From the NCBI GenBank assembly GCA_013265495.1, contig MU059756.1, forward strand, positions 992,001-1,056,000: a stretch of 64,000 nucleotides of DNA, given 5' to 3'. Below the pieces are notes generated by a model that made no database searches, was not told where the DNA came from, and saw nothing but the letters and a program-made list of their open reading frames with translations. Positions within the stretch are counted from its first letter, which is position 1, and each line of letters begins with the position of its first letter. Source of the DNA: Vicugna vicugna (Eukaryota). Below, one piece after another: positions 11,724 to 22,158 of this stretch. The translations under genes and the position numbers were made by a program.

Positions 11724-12673
11724 TATTACCAGAGAGTAGGTTCTTGTCTCTCGCAGGAAAGAATACAGGGTAGTAAAATGGAAGCAGGTTTATTTAGAGA
11801 GGTACACTTTCCATCGACAGAACGCAGTCCGTCTCAGCAGGGAGAGTGGCCCTGGGGTGCCGGGTGATCAGTTTATACAGGCTGAGTAATTTCATAAGCT
11901 AACAAGTGGGAGGATTACCCCAGCTGTGCTGGGGAAGGGCTGGGGATTTCCAGGAGTTGGTGCCCCTGCCTGCTTTTTGGGCTTTTTTGGGCAGCCTGGG
12001 AACTGTCGTGGCACCTGTGGGTGTGTCACTGAGCATGTGAACGTATTACAATGAGCCTATAATGAGGCTCAAGACCCACTGGAAGTTGAGTCTTTCACTG
12101 TCTTGGGCCTAGTTGGTTCTGTGAATGAAAAATACTGCAAACCACATCAGTAGACAAAGAATGCTGAAGCCATCAAGTCGTCAGCGGCTGCCGCCACCCC
12201 TCAGTGAAGACAAGTGCCTGCAGCCCGGCCTCTGCAGCCACTCACAATGGTGCACCCTGAGGGGACTCAGAATAAGACAGGACAGGATACTGGCGCTAAA
12301 TAGCTAGGTGCTTGTTAAAGGAATGAATTCAATGAGCCCAAATATGTGCTTCCTCCCATACACAGAAAAGCGCTAAATTCTTTAACTTGAGGTGCCTGGT
12401 TTTCTTTAGATAACAAGTAATCCTTTATTGTTCCAGCTACCTGGTCTTTGTTGTAAAGCTCCTATATAGCCCCTCCCCTACCTCTTCGGAGCAGTCCCTC
12501 AGAGCGATCTCAGAGGCTGTCATCCCGGCTCGAGTCCTCCCGCCAAATAAAACTTAACTCTCAACTTTAGGCTGTGCATTTATTTCAGTCGACACTTCTA
12601 ACCAGTTTATGCCATTCCCTCAATTGCTGTGTCATTCTTTTAATGGTTCCCTGCCCGCTTCCCTCCTGTCTCA
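11724..12673 (-). mobile_element. ERV1-type solo LTR (host), interrupted by a second LTR at 12120-12594
   Basis: In its own orientation it starts TGAGACAGGAGGG and ends ..ctctggtaaTA (degenerate CA end). TATAAA at 11872-11877 and AATAAA at 11789-11794 on the minus strand. Flanks GGGA/GGAA (3/4 TSD). Confidence 0.8.
12120..12594 (+). mobile_element. ERV1-type solo LTR nested in the preceding LTR
   Basis: TGTGAA...TTTCAGTCGACA termini, TATATA at 12463, AATAAA at 12546. Flanks GTTC/CTTC (3/4 TSD); removing it restores agttggttctaaccagtt in the host. Confidence 0.85.
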
Positions 12674-14282
12674 GGAACACATGTTCATTTACCCTCTGCT
12701 TCCTTGTGGTTCTGGGGCAAGTGCCTGTGTTGTATCTTGCCAGGATGCTGACTTTGGTCCTGACTCTACCTGATGTCTGGGGACTGGTACTTAATGTGGT
12801 CTGGCTCGCATCTCCATGTCTTTGGTTCGTATTCATGAGAACCTCTGATGAGTCAGTGACCAGCTAGCAGAAGCTGGCTGGAAAGGGATTTGGTCCAATC
12901 ACATCTGAACAGGGGTTTAGGGTCACCTGAACTCTCTTTCTCAGCAAGGGTTGCAGAAGGGCAGAAGGCAGCAGATCGTGATGCTTTTACGATTTGAATA
13001 GTCAAAGTTGCTGATATCACAGAGACGCTACTTGTTAGAATATACGAATATCCTGTCTTCTCTTCATCCCCGTGAATGGGTCTCCCCGCATATTCAGACA
13101 GAAGTACCCTAGTAGGAACCCCAAAATAAAGAAGGAATCAGCGTTCAGCTTTGGCTTTAAAACAGGATCTTGAATTCCATAATGAAAGGCAGGCTTTGTT
13201 GAGAGGGAAAAAGGGATTTGTCAATTACAAAAGCTTCTTTTACATGTCAAGAGTAGAAAGGGGAGTGCATTCAAATTGGTGATCTGAACAGAGTTTTATT
13301 TTAAACCAAAGACAGAGACAACCTAGGATACTTAATACTGTGAGGAAAGTCCTACCAGCCCTAGGGGCCAGGGAGCAAACAAGGAATATGTGAGAGGGAA
13401 GGCGAGAAGCCTGAGGTTCTTTGTGAGGTTCCTGGCTCCCCTCCCCAGGGGCGGAGCAAGAGGCGATAAATACGGGCCAGAGAGGTGTGGGCTCCCAGTG
13501 TGGCAGTGCTTGTTGCTCATCTCTCAGGGATAGCACGGAAACTTGTCAGTCCCTAAGGGGAGCCCTGTGTTTTACATGGAGCTGGAGCCTCATGGAGCCA
13601 CTCAGGGTGTAGTTAGAGGGTGGCTGAGGTAGGTGTCAATGTGAGAAGGCAGGCTATCTCTAAGTCCTGGGATGCTGGGGTGAAGGGGTGAAGAGTCTGG
13701 GGTCAGAATGGGCCTGCAGCCATGGGAGTCACACCACATGATACTCAGGATACTCAGGTGGAGCCCACTGGTCTCGATGAGGACCCACGCGGCCAGAGTC
13801 GACCAGCCGCACTGCAGCAGGCAGGACCGTGGGGACGTCAGGAGGGTAAAGGACCTGTCTCTGGCACTCAGGTTGGATCTTTGGAGGAAGAATATAGACC
13901 TGAGGGGAAATTCAATCTTTGAGTCAAGTGAGTATTTATTTACTCAGAGGAGACTGAGTTAGATCAAGGGAGTCTGTTTTAAATGAGAAGAGATTGCATT
14001 ATCTTTAATTTGCAAGTTTAAGCTTCTTTTCTGCAACCAATAGGAGAGGGACTCAAGATCATGATGTGAGGGAACAGTTATAGTGACAAAAGAGATTATT
14101 TTCTTCACATCCGAGTCATCATGTAAACTTTGCTTTTATCACAGTGTTGTGTCTATTTAACCCAGCTCCTTCTACTCATTATTTAACTATGAGCTAGGCA
14201 AGGAGTGTGTACTCTGCCTCATTTGTTCTGTTGGACAAGTAGCACGTGCTTCCTGTAGGGGTGCAGCAGAGAACAAGACAGG

Positions 14283-14721
14283 TGTCCACTGAAAAAAAAC
14301 ACATAACGTGAGAGCCGGGGCTCACTGACTATAGCCCAGGGGAAGCCTCTCCAGGAGCTCCAAGGAACTGCCCCAAAGAGGTGGGCGGAGGTCAGTATTG
14401 ATTTTGGGGAAGGGAGGACGTGCAGTCAAGCACAATCTCCATAGAGGGTTGCTGCTAGTCACGAGGAGCAGATGTCTCCATTATGATTTTAGTGCTTTTC
14501 TAGGTATGGGAAGATGCAAGAATCTGGGCTCATAAAATTTTCTCCTGAAAATATTTAACTATCTGAAGGTCTGTTCTACCCAGTTGTTTCCAGAGCACAG
14601 AGCACCTCATTGCTGATCTCCACCCGAACTCCTTTCAAGGGGTGTTGAAGGTCAGCGGCTGCAGCAGCTTGTGACTTCATTCTTGTAGAACCAGGTGGCG
14701 AGGGACAGTCTTTATTTCACA
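14283..14721 (-). mobile_element. ERV1-type solo LTR
   Basis: TGTC..CACA termini; the end tgtccactgaaaaaaaaac mirrors the tttcagtcgaca end of the 12120-12594 LTR. Flanks CAGG/CAGT. Confidence 0.8.
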
Positions 14722-14989
14722 CAGTGATAGTCCTTTCTGTAAGGAACTGGTTATTTTTTGGAATAAAGGAAGGGACGGGCCATTCCTCTGTCTGGGTGAA
14801 GATTTGTCATTGTTGTTCGTTGCATACTGTGGCCACTTGGAGGTATTTTCTGCCCACACTATGTAAGAATGTGGTACAATTTATATATTGGGCAATGTGG
14901 GAAGGCACTGAGTTAAAACTCCAATTTCAAATTCGTTCCAACATGAATATGTCAGAATTCATGCTTTCTGAGTCATTCTAACGTGTACT

Positions 14990-15586
14990 TACTTGTTGAT
15001 TGATCACTGTTTGCCCAGCAAGTATTTATTTTGCTCCACTTTATAGGCACTCTTTTAGTTGCAGGAAATACAGAGATAGATGAGGTCCTTGCCACCTTCA
15101 GTTGTTGACTGTCTCTTGGGGGACATGAATAAGTCATTAAACACGGAGATGGGAGGGCAGCCACCTCTACCTGAGTTGTGCGGTGGGGAGAAGGCAGGTC
15201 TGCCATTTATGTCGTGCAGGATGTGCACTGCACAAGGGTACCAAGCCAGGGGGACAGAAATTCAGCCCGAGGACCCTGGCACAGGGCTGCGTACACCTGG
15301 GAAAGCGTTGCATTTTTGTGCATACAAGGTGCCATTTGCTCACCAAATACCATGGCCCTCCAGCTACTGGAGTGCGTCTACCCAGAGCAAGTAACACCTC
15401 CTAATTTGCACAAAGGAGCTATAAAATCTACCACGCAATCATGAGAGAAGATGGGATATTTGAACTGAATTTGGATAAAAACTGGCCAAAAGACAGAAGT
15501 GCCGGAGAGTTTTCCAGGCAGAAGGAGCAGTCAGTGCAGACGTACTGGGGACAGTGTATTGGAGGAACAATAAACACTTGTTAAGG
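14990..15586 (-). mobile_element. L2 relic pieces (target region of the H4 retrocopy)
   Basis: caagtatttattttgctccactttataggcactcttttagttgcagg..; tttccaggcagaaggagcagtcagtgcag. Confidence 0.55.
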
Positions 15587-15600
15587 AGACTATTCAGGAG

Positions 15601-16030
15601 GCTGTCAGCAGCAGTTCTTAGTTTTTATTCACATGTCTGGAGGCGGCAAGTGTGGCAAGGGGCTAGGAGAGGGAGGTGCTAAGTGCCACCGCAAGGCTCT
15701 GTCTGCGCGACAATATCCAGGGCATCACCAAGCTCGCCATCCATCGTCTAGCTCGTCGTAGTGGCGTCAAGCGCATCTCCGGCCTCATCTACGAGAAGAC
15801 CCATGGGGTGCTGAAGGTGCTCCTGGAGAACGTGGTCCAGGTCGCCGTCACCTACACCAAGCACGCCAAGTGCAAGACAGTCATGGCCATGGACGTGGTC
15901 TATGCGCTAAACCACCAGGAATGCACCCTCTACGGCTTCAGTGACTAAGCCTCACTTTGTTTGCAAGCTTTTTTTCTTTTCCCCTATAATAAAGTTAAGG
16001 CCCTTTTCAGGGCCACCCGAGAGAAAAAAA
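15601..16030 (+). pseudogene. H4: Histone H4 processed pseudogene (retrocopy of a replication-dependent H4 mRNA)
   Basis: 32-nt 5' UTR, ATG at 15633, [22 protein letters not shown], then a 4-bp insertion (ctgt) frameshift, then [20 protein letters not shown] at 15946-15948. About 23 of 103 residues differ from canonical H4, many as CpG transitions (R>C, R>H, T>M, E>K). Stem-loop, A-tail and TSD agactattcaggag (15587-15600) / agactatttaggag (16031-16044). Confidence 0.96.
15999..16018 (+). promoter_or_regulatory. Histone 3' stem-loop (SLBP-binding element) within the retrocopy
   Basis: GGCCCT-TTTC-AGGGCC followed by ACCC is the canonical 6-bp stem with a 4-nt loop. Confidence 0.93.
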
Positions 16031-16424
16031 AGACTATTTAGGAGAATTCCTGGATGTTAGACTGCAGGACAGACAGAAGCCACTCCCGAGGGGATGGGTG
16101 CGCTGAGAACTTTGCCTTTTGTCCTGCAGCTTTGTGGGGCCTTTGGAGGGTATTAAGTATCACCTCCAAATCAGTCTATTCAGTGTGGTTTAATCCTTCC
16201 TCGCCAGGCAGCCTCTCTCCCCCACTGGCTTCTCTGTTTCTCTGACCTCTCATTTTCTCCCCTGCCTTGGCCACGCGCTTTGGGATTTAATTACAGTCTG
16301 CCTTGTTCACCATCCATCCATTGCCTGTGAAATCTTCCTCTCCTCTTATCTCTCAGCAGATGTAAAGCTTTGTGCCTGCAACGATTGTGCCTTCCATGCC
16401 TAAAGAAATCTCTCTTAGCAGCAT

Positions 16425-16730
16425 GTCTCCAAGTATGGTACACGTACCCACCGTGGTAAGTGAGGCGAGTTCAAGGAGGATGCTAACACACACTTTTAAC
16501 GTATTTATTTTGTGGTATCGTAAGTTTTATAACTATCTTTATTTTACTGTCTACTAAATAAAAAAAACCACATGCACACCAAATCTGTGATTTCACTGAT
16601 ATGTCTGTTTAGAATGAGGCTGAAACAAAGCTGAAGTTAAAGAAAAAAAAATACTGGTGGTTCAGATACGGGAAAAATTGTAAAGGTGGTGTGCGGGTGA
16701 CTGGCATTTGAGATCCAGCCCAGCGCTGCA
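16425..16730. mobile_element. hAT-Charlie-like non-autonomous DNA transposon relic
   Basis: gtatggtacacgtacccaccgtggt... and ...aaaggtggtgtgcgggtgactggcatttgaga ends with an AT-rich interior. Confidence 0.4.
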
Positions 16731-16739
16731 CCGGCCAGT

Positions 16740-17020
16740 AAGGCTAAGCTGTAGGAAGCTCGGCTTGATTTTAGTTAGTTCAGTGCTGCGTATTCAGGGT
16801 GGTGTATCTAAAAGGAAACAGTCAGTGTAAGAACTTGGAAGGAAGGAAGTGGGGGGACAGAAGGGGAGGAGGGGAAGGCTGGGAGAGAACAAGGGTCAGT
16901 GGTGATGCCACGATTAACAGAATCGCCCAACTGAGCCCTGCCGACATTTGCAAGCCACAAAGTCATGAGCTATAATAAAACAGCGATTGTTTTAAGCCCC
17001 TGCATTTTGGGGTGGCAACA
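16740..17020 (+). mobile_element. MaLR LTR (MLT1) relic
   Basis: 3' end catgagctataataaaacagcgattgttttaagcccctgcattttggggtgg. Confidence 0.55.
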
Positions 17021-17809
17021 AGTAAGTCCAATGATTCTCTCTATCTGTGTTTCCATAGTGTTCTGTTTTGGCCCCACTGTGGAGTTTACTGCACTACAGC
17101 TAAATTTCCTAATATCTACCTGTCCGTCTTTCCTTGTACGTGATATGGGGCCGGGAATGATGTTTTGCTGGCTGTTATATTTCTAATATCTAGCTTCAGC
17201 TCTGCAAAAAAAATGTGGGCTTAATGATTATTTTTTAGAACTTGGGAAGGGTTGAATTAAACGGAATGGACAAGAGCTGATTACAAGTAGGGTGTTCATA
17301 TATTCGTGTTTGCCTGGAACCTGGCAAGATGTAATTATTAAGTCCTCATTCACTCTCAGATTTAAAATATAAACTGTAGGCACCCTAATTAGCGGGGCCT
17401 TTGTGGGATCAGGGCAGGATTCCACGTGGTTCCCGCTAGATTGATTAGAGTTTGAATCTGGCTCTAGCTGGAGAAGCATGTTGGATTTTTAGATGAGAAA
17501 CTTCGAAGACTGACTTATTATTCCTGCTGCCATTATATTTTGATTATGTGCTCTGTGATTAGATGTTGAAAATGCTAATGTGTATTAATACTTGATTGAT
17601 TGGATTACTCGTCCTAATCACATGTTGATCACTTTTGATAAATGTATTGATTCATATCTGATTTACTTCACAGATCTCTTTGTGTGGCTATGCTTTGACA
17701 CTAACTGATTACATCTTAATATCTGATTGCTCTTGAGTAGCTCTTGTTTTAACCATCGGGAGGGTGGATTGTATCAGCTAGGACGTCCCTGGCTCGTGGT
17801 GATGCCTGG

Positions 17810-17940
17810 GTGAGAGAGCCCTGCTGCTTACTGCTGTGTGACATTTGCTAGGTCACTTAATCTCTCTGGCCTCATCTGTGAGGTGGAGATAATAACAAAG
17901 TTACACATGAGGGTGCCAGGTGGATTAAACGAGAGAATAT
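17810..17940 (+). mobile_element. MIR SINE
   Basis: cttactgctgtgtgac..cacttaatctctctggcctcatctgtgaggtggagataataac. Confidence 0.7.
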
Positions 17941-18079
17941 ATATTAATAGGGTAAACTGGCTGGGTCATAACTGACTTCTAGATAATTCCAGTGTGTAAG
18001 TGGTATCCCTTACTCCCACCCAGACATCCATTTGCATGAGCTGATATTCATTAAAGCTTTTGTTGTTTCAGAAGGGGGC

Positions 18080-18420
18080 TCAGGGAAAGGGGAGGCGTGG
18101 TATGGGGTAGGCTGCGGGTCTGGGGAGAAGGGAGAAGAGAATGAAGGGGCGGGGGGTGGGGAGAGCACGGGCGCCGTCCTCCCTTTCAGGCCACAAAGTG
18201 CAGGTGTTCGCTGTAAAGAGGGCCTGGCTGAAGGGGCGGGTGGGGTGGAAATCCATGCTCGGACACGGGGCTGTGTCGGCTTCTGGGAGGGGTGACTTGT
18301 CTAATTCACACGGAGGGGCTCTCAGAGGAGCCATGTGAGAGACGGCCTCGTGCCCACTGGTTTGAGATCCAGTAGAAAGAGCGAGCAAACAGCTGAAGGA
18401 CCTGATTAAGTAAGTGAATG
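18080..18420 (+). promoter_or_regulatory. GC-box-containing promoter or first-exon-like segment
   Basis: GGGGCGGGG at 18146-18154, GGGGCGGGT at 18233-18241, locally retained CpGs, splice-donor-like TAA|GTAAGT at 18410. Confidence 0.35.
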
Positions 18421-18580
18421 ACTGCGTAACTCTAGGCACAAGGAGGGCTGTTTTAGGGCCCAGAGGATGTCCCTCGGCCCACGCCCCTTCCATACTGCGG
18501 CTTTCTGCCCTGGCTCCCAGGGTGCCTGATGGAAGAGGGCTGTGCCTGGGAGACGAGCATTCTCATGAAGTTCAGAGACC

Positions 18581-18606
18581 TGTGTGTGTGTGTGTGCGCG
18601 CGCGCA
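18581..18606. repeat. (TG)8(CG)n alternating purine-pyrimidine tract
   Basis: tgtgtgtgtgtgtgtgcgcgcgcgca read directly. Confidence 0.9.
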
Positions 18607-18714
18607 CGCTGGAGAGGGGAACACGGAGTGAGTGTGTGTGTGGGGTGGAGGGGGTGCCTTTTAAATACTGTTACAGCTGGCGGCCACAGGCTCTCGTGAT
18701 CTGCCAACACTTTA

Positions 18715-19320
18715 CATACATGATCACTTGCAGTGGTCACAGCAATCCTGTGACAACAACCTCAGGTACTTTTATCATCCCTGTTGGGGTGATACAGACG
18801 GGAAACAGGCAAAGAGGGATCAAATAACTTCCTCCGAGGTGACAGAGAGTAACTGGTTGAGGTCTCCCTGGATTTTTGAAAGTTTGCTTTATGCCACTTT
18901 GCTTTCACGAAAAACTTACATTAGTACCAGTTTTCACTGACCAAGACATCTGAAGAGAATTTTTGTTTATAAGAATAAAAGTCAAAAATGAAAATACTGT
19001 TGAGTGTTTGCCTTGCACTGAGCAGTTATAGAGGCCATGCACCCCCCGCAGAGGGTGGCACCGCCAGCCTCCTTCCCCGGGACCCACACTCAGCATCTCA
19101 GCATTGTCACCATAGCTCTGAGCTGTGTCTGTGAGCATCTGTGCTTTATCTCAGTTGGTTTTGTGCATCCATTAGCAAGATGTGTTCTAAGATAATTGTT
19201 TCTTTGCTTTACACCATTTCGGCATCAGAAAAGATTCATAGGAACACTCTGCTTTTGGAGAGCAGGGGAAACCTGTACTTGAATCCAGGCCACCAGAAGC
19301 CAGAGCCACTGCTCTTAGCC
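18715..19320 (-). mobile_element. MIR SINE split by a Tigger-type insertion
   Basis: Left part aatcctgtgacaacaacctcaggtactttt..ggaaacaggcaaagag..; right part acttgaatccaggcc..ccagagccactgctctta. Confidence 0.6.
18859..19275. mobile_element. TcMar (Tigger-type) non-autonomous DNA transposon
   Basis: Terminal inverted repeats gaggtctccctggatttttgaaag / cttttggagagcaggggaaacctg, followed by TA at 19276-19277. Confidence 0.75.
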
Positions 19321-19974
19321 CTTACCCCAGGTTGCCGCCTCAGCAGGGAAACTGGCACGGCTCCTGAGCACAGGTGAGCGTCCCGCCCCTACTCCTGGGG
19401 AGCCCTGGGGTGGGGGGTGCTGAATTCCTACATGAGCCGGTGATCAGAAAACTCTGGGCATCTGTGTTAATGTGACACCCCACCTCCAGCCTGGGGGCCC
19501 TCTGTTTTTGGACTTACAGTACACTTGCCCGGGACCTGGCCCACACTTACAACTCGGTAGAGGGGTCTCTTTTCAGTGTTGCGGATGATGGATGTGGCGG
19601 CTCGTTTCTTCAGTCATGTTTTTAGAGATGAGAACACGGAAAACCAGTGCCCTCTTTGGCCTCCCATTGAGCCTGTCTGCTCCTCTGAACCCAGCCTGAG
19701 ATCCGCAGGGCACCAGAGGGAGACCAGGGAGTGGGTAATTGTCCCCTGGCATTGGGCCATCAGAAAAGGCCGTCGGCTGCCTATCGGCTGGGGTCCCTGG
19801 CTGCTTTCCAGAAGATCCCAAGGCCCTGGGAATACGCAAAGTAACGACCAGACAGCCCATGTCAGAACGACCATCCTGAGGCTTAAAGGGCATTTTTACA
19901 GAATCGCATATGAGTAGCCACAAATTAGCAAGTACCTTCTTTTGCTTCCTTCACAGAAAACCAGTTTACCCATG

Positions 19975-20230
19975 TCTGACTCTCAGATGCTCTCTCTCTT
20001 TTCTGTTATTTTATTTTATAACTTTTTGAGTGTATATATAGCATTCTTTTTAATATGTTTGGGGTTTTCAAAATTAAAGTTACTTTTCTCTTTTATATCT
20101 GATATTAATGTTTTTTTTTTGGTCTTGTGTAGATTAAGAAAACTTGGAGGAAATAACAGTAAAATGCTAACAGGTCTGTGGGTGATGCGATTATGGGTTA
20201 TTTTAATTTTCTTTTCTATCCTTCTCAATA
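19975..20230 (-). mobile_element. Old L1M 3' end
   Basis: T-rich antisense L1M text ..cttggaggaaataacagtaaaatgctaacagg..gcgattatgggttatttt. Confidence 0.5.
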
Positions 20231-21818
20231 AGCATGTTCTGCTTTTATAGTAGGAAAGGAAGTGGAATTTGTATGTGTGGGTGTTTTTAAATTTTTTTTT
20301 TTTAATTTTGAGATTAGTTGCCTCCTTCAGTACAGTTTTATTCTACCTACTACAGACAACTTTTACTTCAGGTGGTTATGGTGCTTTTTTGTTTGTACTT
20401 CATTTTACTCCCTGGAATTCCTCCGTGACAGACTTGTCTGGCTGAGATGGAGGTAGATGAATGACCAAAAAGTACAGACCCAGCCAGCTTCTCATCTGAA
20501 CGGAAAGAACTTTAGATTGGGAATCTGGAGGGCAGGTTCTGGTTCCAACGCCAGCCAGCGCTGAGGGCCTCCGTCTCCCTGTGCTCACAGGGGTCCCCCA
20601 CCCCTCCCAGGACGAGGCTGCGTGAGTCTTTGGTGCCTTATGGGATTCAGTGGGGAAATAGGGCCTCTGTTAGCCTACAGTTGACTTTGTTAGGCTACAG
20701 TGATTTAATTACCCGGCCATTTGGTGTGAGAATAGCTCTCCCTTCTGCTGAGTAAAGGAAGGGAACTCCGTGGTGGCCCTCTGGCAGGATTTCCTGGGAC
20801 TGGTATTTGGAGCGACATCTTTAAGGTAGTGAGGGGCAGATGGAACTGGAGGGAGGAGGACTGACAGGCCGGTGGGTAAAGGTGGAGAGGCAGACAAGCC
20901 CATCACGCGTGGATGATGGATGGGGGACAGAAAGGCAAAACCTCAGGGAGGAACCTGAAGTGGCCCCGGCTGGAGGGAGGCACGGGGCTTGGGTGTCCCT
21001 CTTCGCATTCCCGGTGCCCTGCGGTAGCCATCCAATAGCAGTCGCCATATATCCTGTGACAGTTAACTAATAAATTCTGTTTTTCTTTAATTTAGCTGTA
21101 AGTTTCAAGTAAATATTGATATTTTCCAAGATATAAAACCAGTCACTTATCACAGTGCATTTCAACAAAACCAAACAGTTTGGTGCCCTAGACTTACAGA
21201 GGTTTCTCTAATTGGATAAAAAGATGAGGTCTGTGCTTTTTCATTTGCCTGATTAATTACTGCTCTGAAACCCTTGAAAACAGACATGGTCTGTGAATGG
21301 TATCTGCTATTTAATCGAAGACAGATGTTTTCAGAAACCTTTTAAATAGGCCTGGAGAGTTACCGACTCTTAAGCGAAGTGAGTCATTGAACTGTATGTT
21401 TTAAAAGTGACTGAAATATGCCAGCAAAAAGCGATTTTTACCAATGTTCAAGTTAGGGTCCCTCTCATTGTGGTTTGTCCTAAATCCACCAGCACCAAGA
21501 TAATCCCCGTCCACCCAGGGGTTGAGGCTAAAACTCTAGCTGTTGCCCACAGCCTTTTCCTACTTGCCCTTCCCTCCCTGTCCCTGCCGCGTCCAAGTTC
21601 TGCTGTCAAGTTCATTCCCAAAGTATCTCTCTGGGGATTTCCTTTTGTCTGTTCCACTACCGCTACCTAAGTTAAGGCAACAGTATCAGTTGGGTCTGAT
21701 GGGAAAGTAGATTTACCCTAGGTAGTCTGAACAAGGCTCATGGGGAGACAACCACTGCTTACAACCCTTGAACGGCTCCTCACTGCCCTTAGGATAAAAT
21801 TCAAACTCCTCATGACGG

Positions 21819-22158
21819 TGCCACAGACGGGAACGTATCCCTCCAAAATTCATACGTTGCATCCTAATCTCCAATGTGATCGTATTGGAGGTGGGGTATT
21901 TAGGAGATGATTAGGTCACAAGGGTGGAGCCCCCATGGATGGGATTAGTGCCCTTATGACAGACACCGGGAAGGCTCTTTCACAGGGGGATGATGGCCAT
22001 CTGTGAACCAGGAAGTCTGCTCTCAGTGGACTCTGAATCCCCCAGCTCCTTGACTGGGACTTCCCAGCTTCCAGAACTATGAGACATAAATTGCTGTTGT
22101 CTATAAGCTCCCTGGTCTGTGGCATTCTGTAACAGCAGGTCGAGCTGACTGAGATACA
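21819..22158 (+). mobile_element. MaLR solo LTR (MLT1A-like)
   Basis: tgccacagacgggaacgtatccctccaaaattcatacgttg.. ggtggagccccc..atgggattagtgccctt.. ends gactgagataca. Confidence 0.88.

Noticed and set aside
11700-14730. A fragmented provirus linking the clustered LTRs
   Set aside because: The LTRs differ in family and orientation, each has its own TSD, no primer-binding site (TGG..) follows any of them, and no gag/pol/env motifs were found between them.
15676-15948. 90-aa H4-like ORF as a functional histone variant
   Set aside because: It starts at a GTG inside the frameshifted N-terminus, carries many non-conservative CpG-type substitutions in a nearly invariant protein, and has retrocopy hallmarks.
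19331-19373. 43-nt AG..GT-bounded candidate exon (VAASAGKLARLLST)
   Set aside because: The acceptor derives from a MIR end, the length is not frame-preserving and there are no partner exons.
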